DNA from: an uncultured Bacteroidota bacterium
Lineage (GTDB): Bacteria; Bacteroidota; Bacteroidia; Bacteroidales; GCA-2748055
Reading direction: 5' to 3'
Assembly (NCBI GenBank): GCA_963783435.1
Contig: CAWANQ010000011.1
Coordinates: forward strand, 12,808-76,807
DNA: 64,000 nucleotides
Under the pieces are notes generated by a model. That model did no database searches. It had not been told where the DNA came from and was given only the letters and a program-made list of their open reading frames with translations. Both the position numbers and the translations under genes were made by a program. This document shows positions 28,218 through 37,975 of the stretch, piece after piece (the first letter of the stretch is position 1; each line of letters begins with the position of its first letter).

Positions 28218-28337
28218 AATGAACTATTGAATTACGCGAGCGAAATCCCCAAAGCACTGCTGAGGGGTAAGCTAGCACAAATAAAATAAACATTGAATCG
28301 ATGATGCCTCGCAGCTTGCTGCGAGAAGAATCAATTA

Positions 28338-30512
28338 ATGCCAGAACCTATGGAAAACCAGAAATTCTATTACGACAATAAGATTGTAAAGTTATTTATT
28401 TTGGCCACGATCATCTGGGGCGTGGTGGCTGTGCTGGTTGGAGTGCTGATTGCATTACAAATCAGGTTTCCCTTCTTCAATTTCGGCCTGGAGTATACCA
28501 CATTTGGAAGGACAAGACCCATACATACCAACGCAGTGATATTCGCTTTTGTGGGGAATGCTATTTTTGCAGGGGTCTACTATTCTCTGCAGAAGCTTCT
28601 CAAAGCCCGACTGTTCAGCGATGTCCTCAGCAAGGTCCATTTTTGGGGATGGCAGCTGATCATTGTTCTTGCTGCAGTCACATTTGCGCTTGGTTTTACC
28701 ACCGGTAAGGAGTATGCAGAGCTGGAATGGCCCATCGATATAATGGTAGCCGCGGTGTGGGTGATCTTCGGATGGAACATGATTGGAACCATCCTGAAAC
28801 GGAGGGTCCAGCACATCTATGCCGCCATATGGTGGTACCTGGCCACCTTCCTGGGGGTCGCCATATTACACATAGTCAACTCATTTGAACTGCCCATCAG
28901 CCTGTTTAAAAGTTACCCTATTTATGCGGGTGCTCAGGATGCCGTGGTACAATGGTGGTATGGTCACAATGCAGTGGCATTTTTTCTGACCACTCCCTTC
29001 CTGGGATTGATGTATTACTATCTTCCCAAGGCTGCCAATCGACCCATCTATTCCTACAAGTTATCCATTATTCATTTCTGGTCACTCATCTTCTTGTACA
29101 TGTGGGCTGGTCCGCACCACTTACTCTACCAGGCTTTGCCCGAATGGGCACAGGCTTTGGGGGTCACCTTTTCCATCATGCTTATTGCTCCTTCCTGGGG
29201 AGGGATGATCAACGGATTGCTCACCCTGAGGGGAGCCTGGGATAAGGTAAGAGACAGTGCTGAGTTGAAGTTCCTGGTGGTAGCCGTAACAGCTTATGGC
29301 ATGTCTACCTTTGAAGGTCCCATGATGTCGCTGAAGAGTGTAAATTCGATGACGCACTTTACCGACTGGACCATTGCCCATACGCACATTGCAGGGATGG
29401 CCTGGAATGGGGGCATTGTGTTTGGCATGCTCTACTGGATGGTTCCCAAACTATTCAATACCAGCCTCTACTCTAAAAAACTGGCGAATGGGCATTTTTG
29501 GATCGCTACCCTTTCCATTTTGATTTACGCCATTCCACTCTATTGGTCAGCAGTAACCCAATGGCTCATGCTTCGTGAGTATACCCCGGAAGGATTTCTG
29601 ACCTATCCCAACTTTCTGGAAACCCTCACCCAGATACTTCCCATGTATACCATCCGCATATTAAGCGGGGTGATGTTCCTGGTGGGCTTCCTCCTGATGG
29701 TCGTCAACCTCTTTAAGACCATGGCTCTGGGCAAAATGGAAGACAATGAGCTTTCAGAAGCACCAGCTCTTGTGCAGCAGGGAGCAAGGAATCCAGTTAG
29801 GGAGACTGTCCACAGGTGGATGGAGAGAAAGGCCGTTCGCTTCTCCATCTGGGTGTTTGTCGCCCTGGCCATTGGGGGGGCAGTGGAGATAATTCCCATG
29901 ATTTTTATTAAGTCCAATATTCCAACCATTGAGGCGGTCACTCCTTATACACCCCTTGAGTTGGAGGGACGGGATATCTATATAAAGGAAGGTTGTTATA
30001 CCTGTCACTCACAAATGATCCGCCCATTCAGATGGGAAACCGATCGCTATGGGGAGTATTCCAAGATCGGAGAATTTGTTTATGATCACCCCTTTCAATG
30101 GGGATCGCGGCGAACGGGCCCCGACCTGGCCAGAGCAGGATATGTAAACGGACCCATGTATAAGAATGCAGCATGGCACTACAACCACTTTATGGATCCG
30201 CAGAAAATGAATGAGCAGTCGATCATGCCCAATTATGCCTGGTTTGCAGAGAATGAGATCAACCTCGATATGATCCCCAATAAAATACGGGCCATGCAAA
30301 CCCTGGGAGTACCCTATGAGGAAGGATATGATGAAGTGGCTGTGGAGGACCTGATGAGGCAGGCTCAAACCATTGTAGACGACCTGAAGCTCTCAAATAT
30401 TACCGTATCACCCACATCACATATGGTGGCTATGATTGCTTACATGCACAAATTGGGAAGAGACATTGATCCCGCCACATTAAACCAGACCAGTCATGAA
30501 GCTAGTGAGTAA
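28338..30512 (+). CDS. ccoNO: cbb3-type cytochrome c oxidase, fused subunits I and II (CcoN-CcoO)
   Basis: 724 aa. The N-terminal part is a haem-copper oxidase core (HFWGWQ, WAHTHIAG-like TIAHTHIAGMAWNG). The C-terminal part is CcoO with CYTCHSQMIRPF. Confidence 0.95.
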   Translation: MPEPMENQKFYYDNKIVKLFILATIIWGVVAVLVGVLIALQIRFPFFNFGLEYTTFGRTRPIHTNAVIFAFVGNAIFAGVYYSLQKLLKARLFSDVLSKVHFWGWQLIIVLAAVTFALGFTTGKEYAELEWPIDIMVAAVWVIFGWNMIGTILKRRVQHIYAAIWWYLATFLGVAILHIVNSFELPISLFKSYPIYAGAQDAVVQWWYGHNAVAFFLTTPFLGLMYYYLPKAANRPIYSYKLSIIHFWSLIFLYMWAGPHHLLYQALPEWAQALGVTFSIMLIAPSWGGMINGLLTLRGAWDKVRDSAELKFLVVAVTAYGMSTFEGPMMSLKSVNSMTHFTDWTIAHTHIAGMAWNGGIVFGMLYWMVPKLFNTSLYSKKLANGHFWIATLSILIYAIPLYWSAVTQWLMLREYTPEGFLTYPNFLETLTQILPMYTIRILSGVMFLVGFLLMVVNLFKTMALGKMEDNELSEAPALVQQGARNPVRETVHRWMERKAVRFSIWVFVALAIGGAVEIIPMIFIKSNIPTIEAVTPYTPLELEGRDIYIKEGCYTCHSQMIRPFRWETDRYGEYSKIGEFVYDHPFQWGSRRTGPDLARAGYVNGPMYKNAAWHYNHFMDPQKMNEQSIMPNYAWFAENEINLDMIPNKIRAMQTLGVPYEEGYDEVAVEDLMRQAQTIVDDLKLSNITVSPTSHMVAMIAYMHKLGRDIDPATLNQTSHEASE

Positions 30513-30687
30513 TTTACTGGAGAACATTGCAGGAATCCAGATCTTTTACGTGGTCGGACTCCTGATTTTCTTCGTGCTGTTCCTGGTCATCGTGGTACGC
30601 ACCCTTCGCCGACCCGCAAAGGAGATGAATGAGATCAAAGAATCCATATTAACCGATAATGACTCGGAAGAGTTGATAATATCTTAA
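30496..30687 (+). CDS. ccoQ: CcoQ/FixQ-like small membrane subunit
   Basis: 63 aa with a single TM helix. It lies between ccoNO and ccoP and overlaps the ccoNO stop. Confidence 0.65.
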   Translation: MKLVSNLLENIAGIQIFYVVGLLIFFVLFLVIVVRTLRRPAKEMNEIKESILTDNDSEELIIS

Positions 30688-30699
30688 ATTATAAAGGGT

Positions 30700-31287
30700 A
30701 TGGAAGAGAATACTCAGAATAACAATCAGCATACATCCCCTGAGGTGGATGAGCATATGATGGAGCACAATTACGATGGCATCCAGGAGTTGGACAATCC
30801 GCCACCCCGATGGATCATGGCCATATTTTATATCACCATTGGTTTTTCCATCATCTATGCTGCCAACTATTTCTGGCTGGATGTGGGTGACCTCCAGGAG
30901 GCCAAGTACGTAAAGAAATCCCAGAAACACGATGCCAAGTATCAACTGGCCAGTGCAGAAACTGGGGAACTGCAGTTGCTTACCGAGGCAAGTGATATCG
31001 CCGCCGGGAAAGAGATCTATGCATCCATGAGCTGCTTTGCCTGTCACGGCATGAACGGAGAGGGCAATGCCATCGGACCCAATCTTACTGACGATGCGTG
31101 GATCAGCGGGTGTGATTTTCAGAGTGTATTTAACATGGTGAAAAATGGAAATCCGGCCAAAGGTATGACTGCCTTTAAGGCCCAGCTCAGTGACACAAAG
31201 ATTCAGCAGGTATCCAGTTATGTCCTGAGCCTGAGGGGGAGCAATCCTGCCAACGCCAAAGCACCTCAGGGGGAAGCCTGTGAGTAA
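30700..31287 (+). CDS. ccoP: cbb3-type cytochrome c oxidase subunit III (short, monohaem CcoP)
   Basis: 195 aa. The FixP_N motif is YDGIQELDNPPPRWIM, and the haem site is CFACHG. Confidence 0.85.
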   Translation: MEENTQNNNQHTSPEVDEHMMEHNYDGIQELDNPPPRWIMAIFYITIGFSIIYAANYFWLDVGDLQEAKYVKKSQKHDAKYQLASAETGELQLLTEASDIAAGKEIYASMSCFACHGMNGEGNAIGPNLTDDAWISGCDFQSVFNMVKNGNPAKGMTAFKAQLSDTKIQQVSSYVLSLRGSNPANAKAPQGEACE

Positions 31288-32644
31288 TACAGATCTTTCT
31301 TTCAGAGACCGGCCCATTAACCTGGACGAGAGGGGAGGTCGTAAGTGGGTATATGCGAAAAAGCCAAAGGGCTTTTGGTATACCCGTCGAACCATTTTCA
31401 GCTGGTTTGTTTTGCTGTTTTTTATAGCAGTCCCTTTTATCAGAATAAACGGAAATCCCTTTATCCTTCTGGATGTAGAAGGACGTCGCTTCATCATATT
31501 TGGAGCCATTTTCTGGGCACAGGACACGTTGATCCTGGCCCTGTTGATGCTCTCCTTTGTACTATTCATTGTGCTCTTTACGGTCACCTTTGGGAGGCTT
31601 TGGTGTGGTTGGGCCTGTCCACAGACCATCTTTCTGGAGATGGTCTTCCGGAAGGTGGAGTACCTGATTGAAGGTGATTATCGCAAAAGACATAAGCTGG
31701 ATAAGGGACCATGGACACTGGAAAAGGCAGGCAAGAAGCTGGCCAAACACTCCATCTTTATTCTGATCTCATTGGCCATGACCAATACATTTCTCATGTG
31801 GTTTATAGGGAGCGAAAAATGGTTTGTTCTTGTCTCTGAGCCCATTTCTTCCAACTCTACTGGTTTTATTATTATGCTTATGGTCTCAGGATTCTTTTAT
31901 TGGGTTTATTCCTGGTTTCGGGAGCAGATATGCACCATGGTATGTCCCTATGGAAGAATGCAGGGGGTGTTGCTGGACTCCAATTCCATTGTGGTTAGCT
32001 ATGACTACAAGCGCGGAGAACCCCGGGGACCTAAAACCAGTGGCGATTGCATCGATTGCCATCAATGCCTCTCGGTCTGTCCCACCGGCATAGATATTCG
32101 CAACGGGACGCAGTTGGAATGCATCAATTGTACGGCCTGCATAGATCAGTGCAACAGTGTGATGAAAGCCACAGGAAAGAAGCCGGGACTCATCCGTTTC
32201 GATTCTGAAAAGGGAATTCAACATGGACACCAGAGCATCTGGAATCCCAGGAACAAGGCCTATTCGGTGGTCTTGCTTATTCTGCTATCCTTCTTTGTAT
32301 ACACCCTTCTGTCGCGGCCCATCATCGAAACCACCATTCTTCGGACTCCCGGTCTGCTCTACCAGGAGAATGAAAACAGCACCATTTCCAATGTTTATAA
32401 CCTGAAAATTGTAAATAAAACCCACGATAACTTACCTTTGGAGATCAGACTGCTTTCCCATGAAGGGGAGATTAAGATGGCAGGAAACCTCATGGAGATA
32501 GCCGACCAGTCTATGTTTGAGGCCACCTTTATTCTTTATATTCATAGCGATCTTTTAAGCAGCGATAAAACCGAAGTCGAGTTCGGAATATACAGCAACA
32601 ATGAATTGATTGAGACTTACAAAACCTCCTTTGTGAGTCCGTAA
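31280..32644 (+). CDS. ccoG: cytochrome c oxidase accessory protein CcoG (4Fe-4S)
   Basis: 454 aa. Motifs are WCGWACPQT, CIDCHQCLSVCP and CINCTACIDQC. Confidence 0.9.
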   Translation: MSNTDLSFRDRPINLDERGGRKWVYAKKPKGFWYTRRTIFSWFVLLFFIAVPFIRINGNPFILLDVEGRRFIIFGAIFWAQDTLILALLMLSFVLFIVLFTVTFGRLWCGWACPQTIFLEMVFRKVEYLIEGDYRKRHKLDKGPWTLEKAGKKLAKHSIFILISLAMTNTFLMWFIGSEKWFVLVSEPISSNSTGFIIMLMVSGFFYWVYSWFREQICTMVCPYGRMQGVLLDSNSIVVSYDYKRGEPRGPKTSGDCIDCHQCLSVCPTGIDIRNGTQLECINCTACIDQCNSVMKATGKKPGLIRFDSEKGIQHGHQSIWNPRNKAYSVVLLILLSFFVYTLLSRPIIETTILRTPGLLYQENENSTISNVYNLKIVNKTHDNLPLEIRLLSHEGEIKMAGNLMEIADQSMFEATFILYIHSDLLSSDKTEVEFGIYSNNELIETYKTSFVSP

Positions 32645-32674
32645 GGCCTGCAGGCCTTAATAAAAGCGAGAGAA

Positions 32675-33115
32675 ATGAAATTTAACTGGGGAACGGGAAT
32701 ATTGATTTTCCTGATACTGTTTTTAATGGCAGCGGGAGTCTTTATTACCTTTGCCATGAGGCAGGAGGTAAACCTGGTTCATGATGATTACTATGAAAGA
32801 GGGGTGGACTATGGGGACCAGATGAAAGCGGAAGCCAGGTCGGCGGTCCTGGCCGATTCCATTCAAAGCTATTTTGAGAACCAATCCCTGGTGGTAGACT
32901 TCTCCCATTTGGAATTGATGAAGATCGATTCGGGATCTATACTCCTTTATCGGCCTTCGAGCAAGAGCCTGGACTTGAAGATGCCTTTGGATTATTCCAC
33001 CGGGTTCATGAGCATTCCCCGGGATGAGTTGATAAGGGGGAGGTATATTCTCAAGCTCAACTGGTACTCGGAGGGCTTGAAATACGAAGTTGATAAAGCC
33101 GTTCAAATTCCTTAA
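32675..33115 (+). CDS. FixH family protein (CcoH-like)
   Basis: 146 aa with an N-terminal TM helix, then VHDDYYERG. It sits directly after ccoG. Confidence 0.75.
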   Translation: MKFNWGTGILIFLILFLMAAGVFITFAMRQEVNLVHDDYYERGVDYGDQMKAEARSAVLADSIQSYFENQSLVVDFSHLELMKIDSGSILLYRPSSKSLDLKMPLDYSTGFMSIPRDELIRGRYILKLNWYSEGLKYEVDKAVQIP

Positions 33116-33130
33116 GTCCGATTTAAAGTC

Positions 33131-33898
33131 ATGGTCATTCTATTTTCAGCACTGGTTCTTGGTTTAATGGGGAGTTTCCATTGTGCCGGAATGTGCGGAC
33201 CCATTGCCATTGCACTGCCCCTTCACGGGAACAGTATTCCGCAAAAGATTTTTGGAGGTACCCTCTACAACCTGGGAAGAACCCTGACTTACGGGGTGAT
33301 GGGGGCCATCTTCGGACTGCTGGGCCAGGGAGTGGAGATGATTGGATTTCAACAGAAGATCTCAATCATTATGGGAGCCATCATGATCCTATCTGTGATA
33401 TTTCCTTCCCTTTTTAGAAACCAGTATAACATGGAGAAGAGCTGGTTCTCCCTGGTGGGAAAACTAAAAAAATCCATTGGGAAACTATTTTCGGTACGCT
33501 CCTTTTCAAGCCTTTTTTTTATAGGATTGTTAAACGGATTGCTTCCATGCGGTCTGGTTTATATGGCCATCGCTGGCGCCATTGGAACCGGCGAGGTGGT
33601 GCTGGGGGCTCTCTATATGGTCATGTTCGGACTGGGCACCATTCCCATGATGCTCTCCATAGCCATTGCCGGGAATATCCTGAGTGTAGCCATCCGGCGC
33701 AAGATAAACCGCCTGATCCCGGTACTGGTAGTGGTGGTGGGAATCTTCTTTATTTTACGTGGATTGAGCCTGGGCATTCCCTACCTGAGTCCTCCAAAAG
33801 AGAAAATTGAGAAAAAGTTTGAGAAGAGTCTGGAAAAAGAGAAACAGGGGACTGCACAATCTTCATCCGGCGGATGCTGCACCCTTCACTTGCGATGA
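33131..33898 (+). CDS. TauE/SafE / DsbD_2-like membrane protein
   Basis: 255 aa and polytopic, with an N-terminal GSFHCAGMCGP motif. It is a common member of Bacteroidota cco clusters. Confidence 0.7.
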   Translation: MVILFSALVLGLMGSFHCAGMCGPIAIALPLHGNSIPQKIFGGTLYNLGRTLTYGVMGAIFGLLGQGVEMIGFQQKISIIMGAIMILSVIFPSLFRNQYNMEKSWFSLVGKLKKSIGKLFSVRSFSSLFFIGLLNGLLPCGLVYMAIAGAIGTGEVVLGALYMVMFGLGTIPMMLSIAIAGNILSVAIRRKINRLIPVLVVVVGIFFILRGLSLGIPYLSPPKEKIEKKFEKSLEKEKQGTAQSSSGGCCTLHLR

Positions 33899-36288
33899 AT
33901 AAGCTGGAAGACAATAGCTGTGTTCATTGTGGGGCCGACTGTGGGAAAAACCCGGTCACCTGGAAAAACCTTTCCTTTTGCTGCAACGGGTGCCTTACGG
34001 TCTACCAACTTCTCCACGAGAATAAGCTCTATAGTTATTACGAAATTGAACAGACTCCCGGAATAAAATTAGAAACCACCGGATTTGGAAATAAGTATGC
34101 CTTTCTGGATAAGGATGAGATCAGGGAGAAGCTTATCTCTTTTTCAGAAGGTGGAATTTCAAAAGTTAAGTTTTACATTCCGGTGATTCACTGCTCCTCC
34201 TGCATTTGGCTGCTGGAGCATCTCTATACCCTGAACCGGGGCATCAAGCACTCCTTTGTGAATTTTACCAGGAAAGAGGTGGATGTGACATTTGATGAAT
34301 CTCAGATCTCCCTCCGCCAGGTGGTGGAGTTGCTCTCTTCCATACACTACATTCCTGATTTGTCCCATAGCCTTTCGGAGAAGAAGGAAGATAAGCACTC
34401 TTACAAGAAATTGCTCCTTAAAATGGGTGTGGCCGGATTTGTTTTTATCAATGTGATGACCTACAGCCTGCCTGCTTATTTTAATGGAGAGCCCCTGGAG
34501 GATAATTTGCAGTCCCTGCTCAGTTTGCTTAGCTATTTTCTGGTCATTCCTGTGGTTTTTTACAGTGGCAGTGATTATTTTATATCAACCTATAAAAACC
34601 TTCGGAAAAAGAATGTGAGCATAGACCTGCCCATTGCCCTGGGGATATTTGTGCTTTTCGGGGTAAGCAGCTATGAAATCCTCTTTACAGGTGGTCAGGG
34701 ATATTGCGACAGTCTTTCGGGTTTAATCTTCTTTCTCCTGGTGGGAAAATGGTACCAGGGAAAAACCTACGAAGCGCTCTCATTTGACCGAAATTACAAG
34801 TCCTATTTTCCCATAGCCGTAACCAAGATCAACAAACAGATTGAAGAGAGTGTATTGCTTGAGCAAATCAGGGAGAAGGACGAATTGATTATTCGCAACA
34901 AGGAGCTTATCCCTGCCGATTCCATAGTGCTGGAAGGAAATGGCAGGATTGACTACAGCTTTGTTACCGGCGAATCAACGCCTTTGGTGAAAAATCCGGG
35001 CGATTTTATCTATGCAGGGGGAAGGCAGATGGGTGAGCTGATCAAAATCCGGGTACAGAAGGAGGTGAGTCAAAGTCATCTCACCAAGCTATGGAATCAG
35101 GATAAAACCTATGAGAAACCCAGCGATTCGTTAAAAACCCTTTCAGATAAGATCAGCAAATATTTCACCATGACCATTGTGGCCATCGCCATCTCAGGTT
35201 TTGCATTCTGGATGCTGAAAGGGGAGACCCACACCGCCATCTTTGTTTTTACAGCTGTTTTGATAGTAGCCTGTCCCTGCGCACTGGCCCTTTCCATCCC
35301 TTTTACATTTGGAAACACCATGCGGATTTTCGGGAAGAACGGCCTCTATATCAAGAACACAAATGTCATCGAACGTCTGTCGCATATTGATACCGTGGTT
35401 TTTGATAAAACCGGAACCCTTACACGCCCCAATGAAAGCAAAATTGTCTACTCAGGCACGACCCTCAGTGAGGCAGAGAAGAGTGCCATATACTCCCTGG
35501 CCAAACAATCGACCCATCCCCTGAGCCTTGCGGTAGCCACCTATCATCAGGGGGCAACATATCACCAGCCAGAGCACTTTGTAGAGGTGTCGGGCAGGGG
35601 GATCTACGGAAAAGTAGAGGGTATAGAGGTGAAAATAGGATCCTGGGAGTATGTAAAAGGGGAGGAAGGGAATGGATCACAAGAAGAAACTGAAGTTCAC
35701 CTCTCCATCAACAAGCAGCCTGTTGGAAATTATGCCATCGGCAACCAGTACCGGGAAGGATTTGAACAGGTACTGGGTTTCCTGAAAGCGCATTTTAATC
35801 TCTACCTTATTTCGGGAGATAACGATTCGGAAGCGGATCACCTGTCAGCCTATTTTAAAAAGGAACACCTGCTTTTTAATCAGAAACCAGCCGACAAGGC
35901 AGATTTTATCAAATCCTTGCAGGATAAAGGTCATACGGTACTGATGACCGGCGATGGGCTTAATGATGGGGGAGCCCTGATGCAGAGTGATGTGGCACTC
36001 ACCATTGCCAACAAGGTCTACCACTTCTCGCCCGCCAGCGATGCGGTGCTGGAGGCAGCCCAGTTCCAGAAACTGGCCCGCTTTATCAGGTATACGAGAA
36101 CTTCGTTAAATATCGTGAAGCTCAGTTTTTTAATCTCATTCCTCTACAATATCATTGGAATCAGTTTTGCGATCACTGGCAATCTATCTCCCATTGTGGC
36201 TGCCATTCTGATGCCGGTCAGCTCAATATCGGTAGTGGCCTTTGCTACTTTTGTGACCCGGGCTACAGGAAAGTTTACCGGGTCCTGA
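33895..36288 (+). CDS. ccoI: copper-translocating P-type ATPase (CcoI/FixI-like)
   Basis: Motifs are an N-terminal CVHCGADC metal site, the TM motif CPCAL, the phosphorylation site DKTGTLT, and the hinge GDGLNDG. The ATG at 33895 (ATGA overlap) is preferred to the track start at 33874. Confidence 0.85.
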   Translation: MNKLEDNSCVHCGADCGKNPVTWKNLSFCCNGCLTVYQLLHENKLYSYYEIEQTPGIKLETTGFGNKYAFLDKDEIREKLISFSEGGISKVKFYIPVIHCSSCIWLLEHLYTLNRGIKHSFVNFTRKEVDVTFDESQISLRQVVELLSSIHYIPDLSHSLSEKKEDKHSYKKLLLKMGVAGFVFINVMTYSLPAYFNGEPLEDNLQSLLSLLSYFLVIPVVFYSGSDYFISTYKNLRKKNVSIDLPIALGIFVLFGVSSYEILFTGGQGYCDSLSGLIFFLLVGKWYQGKTYEALSFDRNYKSYFPIAVTKINKQIEESVLLEQIREKDELIIRNKELIPADSIVLEGNGRIDYSFVTGESTPLVKNPGDFIYAGGRQMGELIKIRVQKEVSQSHLTKLWNQDKTYEKPSDSLKTLSDKISKYFTMTIVAIAISGFAFWMLKGETHTAIFVFTAVLIVACPCALALSIPFTFGNTMRIFGKNGLYIKNTNVIERLSHIDTVVFDKTGTLTRPNESKIVYSGTTLSEAEKSAIYSLAKQSTHPLSLAVATYHQGATYHQPEHFVEVSGRGIYGKVEGIEVKIGSWEYVKGEEGNGSQEETEVHLSINKQPVGNYAIGNQYREGFEQVLGFLKAHFNLYLISGDNDSEADHLSAYFKKEHLLFNQKPADKADFIKSLQDKGHTVLMTGDGLNDGGALMQSDVALTIANKVYHFSPASDAVLEAAQFQKLARFIRYTRTSLNIVKLSFLISFLYNIIGISFAITGNLSPIVAAILMPVSSISVVAFATFVTRATGKFTGS

Positions 36289-36308
36289 ATCCAAAGATTC
36301 GCACTTTT

Positions 36309-36354
36309 AGCAAGCTTTCTAAGGGGATGTGATTACTCCAGATGCACAGACTTC
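36309..36354. repeat. direct repeat copy 1 (39/46 identical to 36784..36829)
   Basis: Copy 1 reads agcaagctttctaagg-ggatg-tgattactccagatgcacagacttc. Copy 2 reads agcaagccttctaagg-ctcca-tgattactccagatgcaccgacttc. Confidence 0.85.
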
Positions 36355-36783
36355 CTGTTTTGTGCGATTTTCTGCTGGCGATTTCTTAACTGTCAAAATC
36401 GAGGATTTTAAGGTTGGAAGAGTTGCTGATTAGGGTATCACGGGCTATTTTACTGAGGGCACTCTTATGGACCATGTTTCAAGTAACCCGGACACTTACA
36501 ACCTGGCTAGCTGGTTAGGGTTTTTCTCCTGAAAACAGTTCCCTCTTATACGAAAGGGATATAAAATATCCGATTATTAGCCTTACAAGCCAATAATTAC
36601 ATAATAATTATCTATTGAGAGATAAAAAATATCCACTTATTAATCAATAAGGTTAACAAATGGATATAATGTATCTGATGTCGATTTATTCCCTCCTTAG
36701 TATGGACATCAGCCTGGATATTAAGGTCTGATAAGTTGCAGATTTTGGTGTTCCATCCCACAAAACAGGAAATCCGCATTCGA

Positions 36784-36829
36784 AGCAAGCCTTCTAAGGC
36801 TCCATGATTACTCCAGATGCACCGACTTC
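36784..36829. repeat. direct repeat copy 2 (contains the stop codon and last 7 codons of the DUF1684 gene)
   Basis: See copy 1. The minus-strand reading is ...EKSVHLE* plus 24 nt of 3' flank. Confidence 0.85.
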
Positions 36830-37713
36830 TCACCGGCTTCTATGGCAATGGGGAGAAAGTTCTCCCTGGGAGGCATGGGGCAGGTGGCATAGGGACTGAA
36901 AGCACAGGGAGGATTGTATGCCTTATTGAAGTCGAGGATGATTCTTCCGGTAGAGTCGGGCATTGCGTACATAAACCGGCCTGCTCCATAGGTATCCAAT
37001 CCGGTTGTTTCATCTGCAATTACAAGAAAATAGCCTTCCCCGGAGGAGAATGGAAATAAGACGAGGTCTTTGTTTTCTATCTGAAAGTGCAGCTCGCCGG
37101 GACACTCGTAGCTCTCCGTAAATCCCTCCAACGGCGTAGCCACAACCATGGTTCTGGGTTCGTCAAAGGTTACCAGGGTGGCTTCAACCACATATGAAGT
37201 TTGTATGGGATAGGAGGGAATGTGATCCAGCTTGTCGATGCGGGGATGTTTGTAATCCCTCATTCGGATCCCATATCTCTCACCCCGTTTGACAATGTAC
37301 CATGCCAGGTCGCCTTGCAGCAAGTGTGTGGTGTTTTTTGCATGATCATGGATCAGATCTGCCTGAGTGACCAATGAATCTCCTATGCCAATCTCGACCC
37401 CTTCATTCACCTGCATAAACACATCGCCCTCAATCAGAGTAAGGGTTCCGCAGAAAGCATCCGCTTTTTCGGGGAAAACCACTTTGTTGGAAGGATCTGA
37501 TCCAAAACTGTTTTCTCCCTCTTCCAGCCAGAACAGGCCTGCCAGGTTTAACCACCCATTTTTACTTTTCAATCGCTCCACCCTCCGGTGCTGCCAATCT
37601 TCAATGGATTCCACATAGGCAGCCTCATCGGTAATGATGGGATCTGAACTACTACATCCGGAAATGAACAAAAGTAAAATCGGGATCAGGGGTAAACAGC
37701 AATTTCGACTCAT
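36808..37713 (-). CDS. DUF1684 domain-containing lipoprotein
   Basis: The C-terminal signature is YNPPCAFSPYATCPMPPRENFLPIAIEAGEK. The start is set at MSRNCCLPLIPILLLFISGC (lipobox). The track start at 37857 overlaps the tRNA on the other strand and is rejected. Confidence 0.85.
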   Translation of the reverse strand: MSRNCCLPLIPILLLFISGCSSSDPIITDEAAYVESIEDWQHRRVERLKSKNGWLNLAGLFWLEEGENSFGSDPSNKVVFPEKADAFCGTLTLIEGDVFMQVNEGVEIGIGDSLVTQADLIHDHAKNTTHLLQGDLAWYIVKRGERYGIRMRDYKHPRIDKLDHIPSYPIQTSYVVEATLVTFDEPRTMVVATPLEGFTESYECPGELHFQIENKDLVLFPFSSGEGYFLVIADETTGLDTYGAGRFMYAMPDSTGRIILDFNKAYNPPCAFSPYATCPMPPRENFLPIAIEAGEKSVHLE

Positions 37714-37751
37714 GGTTTGCACTTTTAAAAGATTGGCCAAATATAAATCTA

Positions 37752-37786
37752 TTTGGTGAGTAGTTCGCGCGAAAGTACTATTTTTG
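37752..37786 (+). promoter_or_regulatory. Bacteroidota-type promoter for tRNA-Ser (-33 TTTG, -7 TATTTTTG)
   Basis: TATTTTTG at 37779-37786 matches TAnnTTTG and lies 10 nt before the tRNA 5' end. TTTG is at 37752-37755. Confidence 0.5.
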
Positions 37787-37795
37787 CAGCGACCA

Positions 37796-37883
37796 GGAGA
37801 GATGCCGGAGTGGTCGAACGGGGCGGTCTCGAAAACCGTTGTGCCCCTCGCGGGCACCGGGGGTTCGAATCCCTCTCTCTCCG
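37796..37883 (+). tRNA. tRNA-Ser (anticodon CGA)
   Basis: Folded by hand. The acceptor stem is GGAGAGA/TCTCTCC. The anticodon stem-loop is GCGGT-CTCGAAA-ACCGT. There is a long variable arm tgcccctcgcgggca and a T-loop GGTTCGAATCC. CCA is not encoded. Confidence 0.9.
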
Positions 37884-37893
37884 CAAAACAATG

Positions 37894-37930
37894 AATAACC
37901 CACAGCCAAACGGCTGTGGGTTATTTTATT
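37894..37930 (+). terminator. intrinsic terminator after tRNA-Ser
   Basis: A 14-bp stem aataacccacagcc/ggctgtgggttatt with loop aaac, followed by ttatt. Confidence 0.75.
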
Positions 37931-37975
37931 CCAGACAGCGTTGAGAGCTTGCTCTCATAAGCTGGATGAGAATAA

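Noticed and set aside
30649-31629. 326-aa minus-strand ORF overlapping ccoQ, ccoP and ccoG
   Set aside because: It is antisense to three well-supported cco genes. The translation is basic and low-complexity with no recognisable motif. It is a shadow ORF.
36661-36732. 23-codon ORF (MDIMYLMSIYSLLSMDISLDIKV) inside the AT-rich insert
   Set aside because: It is too short, has no supporting context or conservation evidence available, and is likely random in AT-rich DNA.
37714-37857. Upstream extension of the DUF1684 ORF to 37857
   Set aside because: It would overlap tRNA-Ser on the opposite strand and add a non-hydrophobic leader. The internal Met gives a proper lipoprotein signal (…LLLFISGC).
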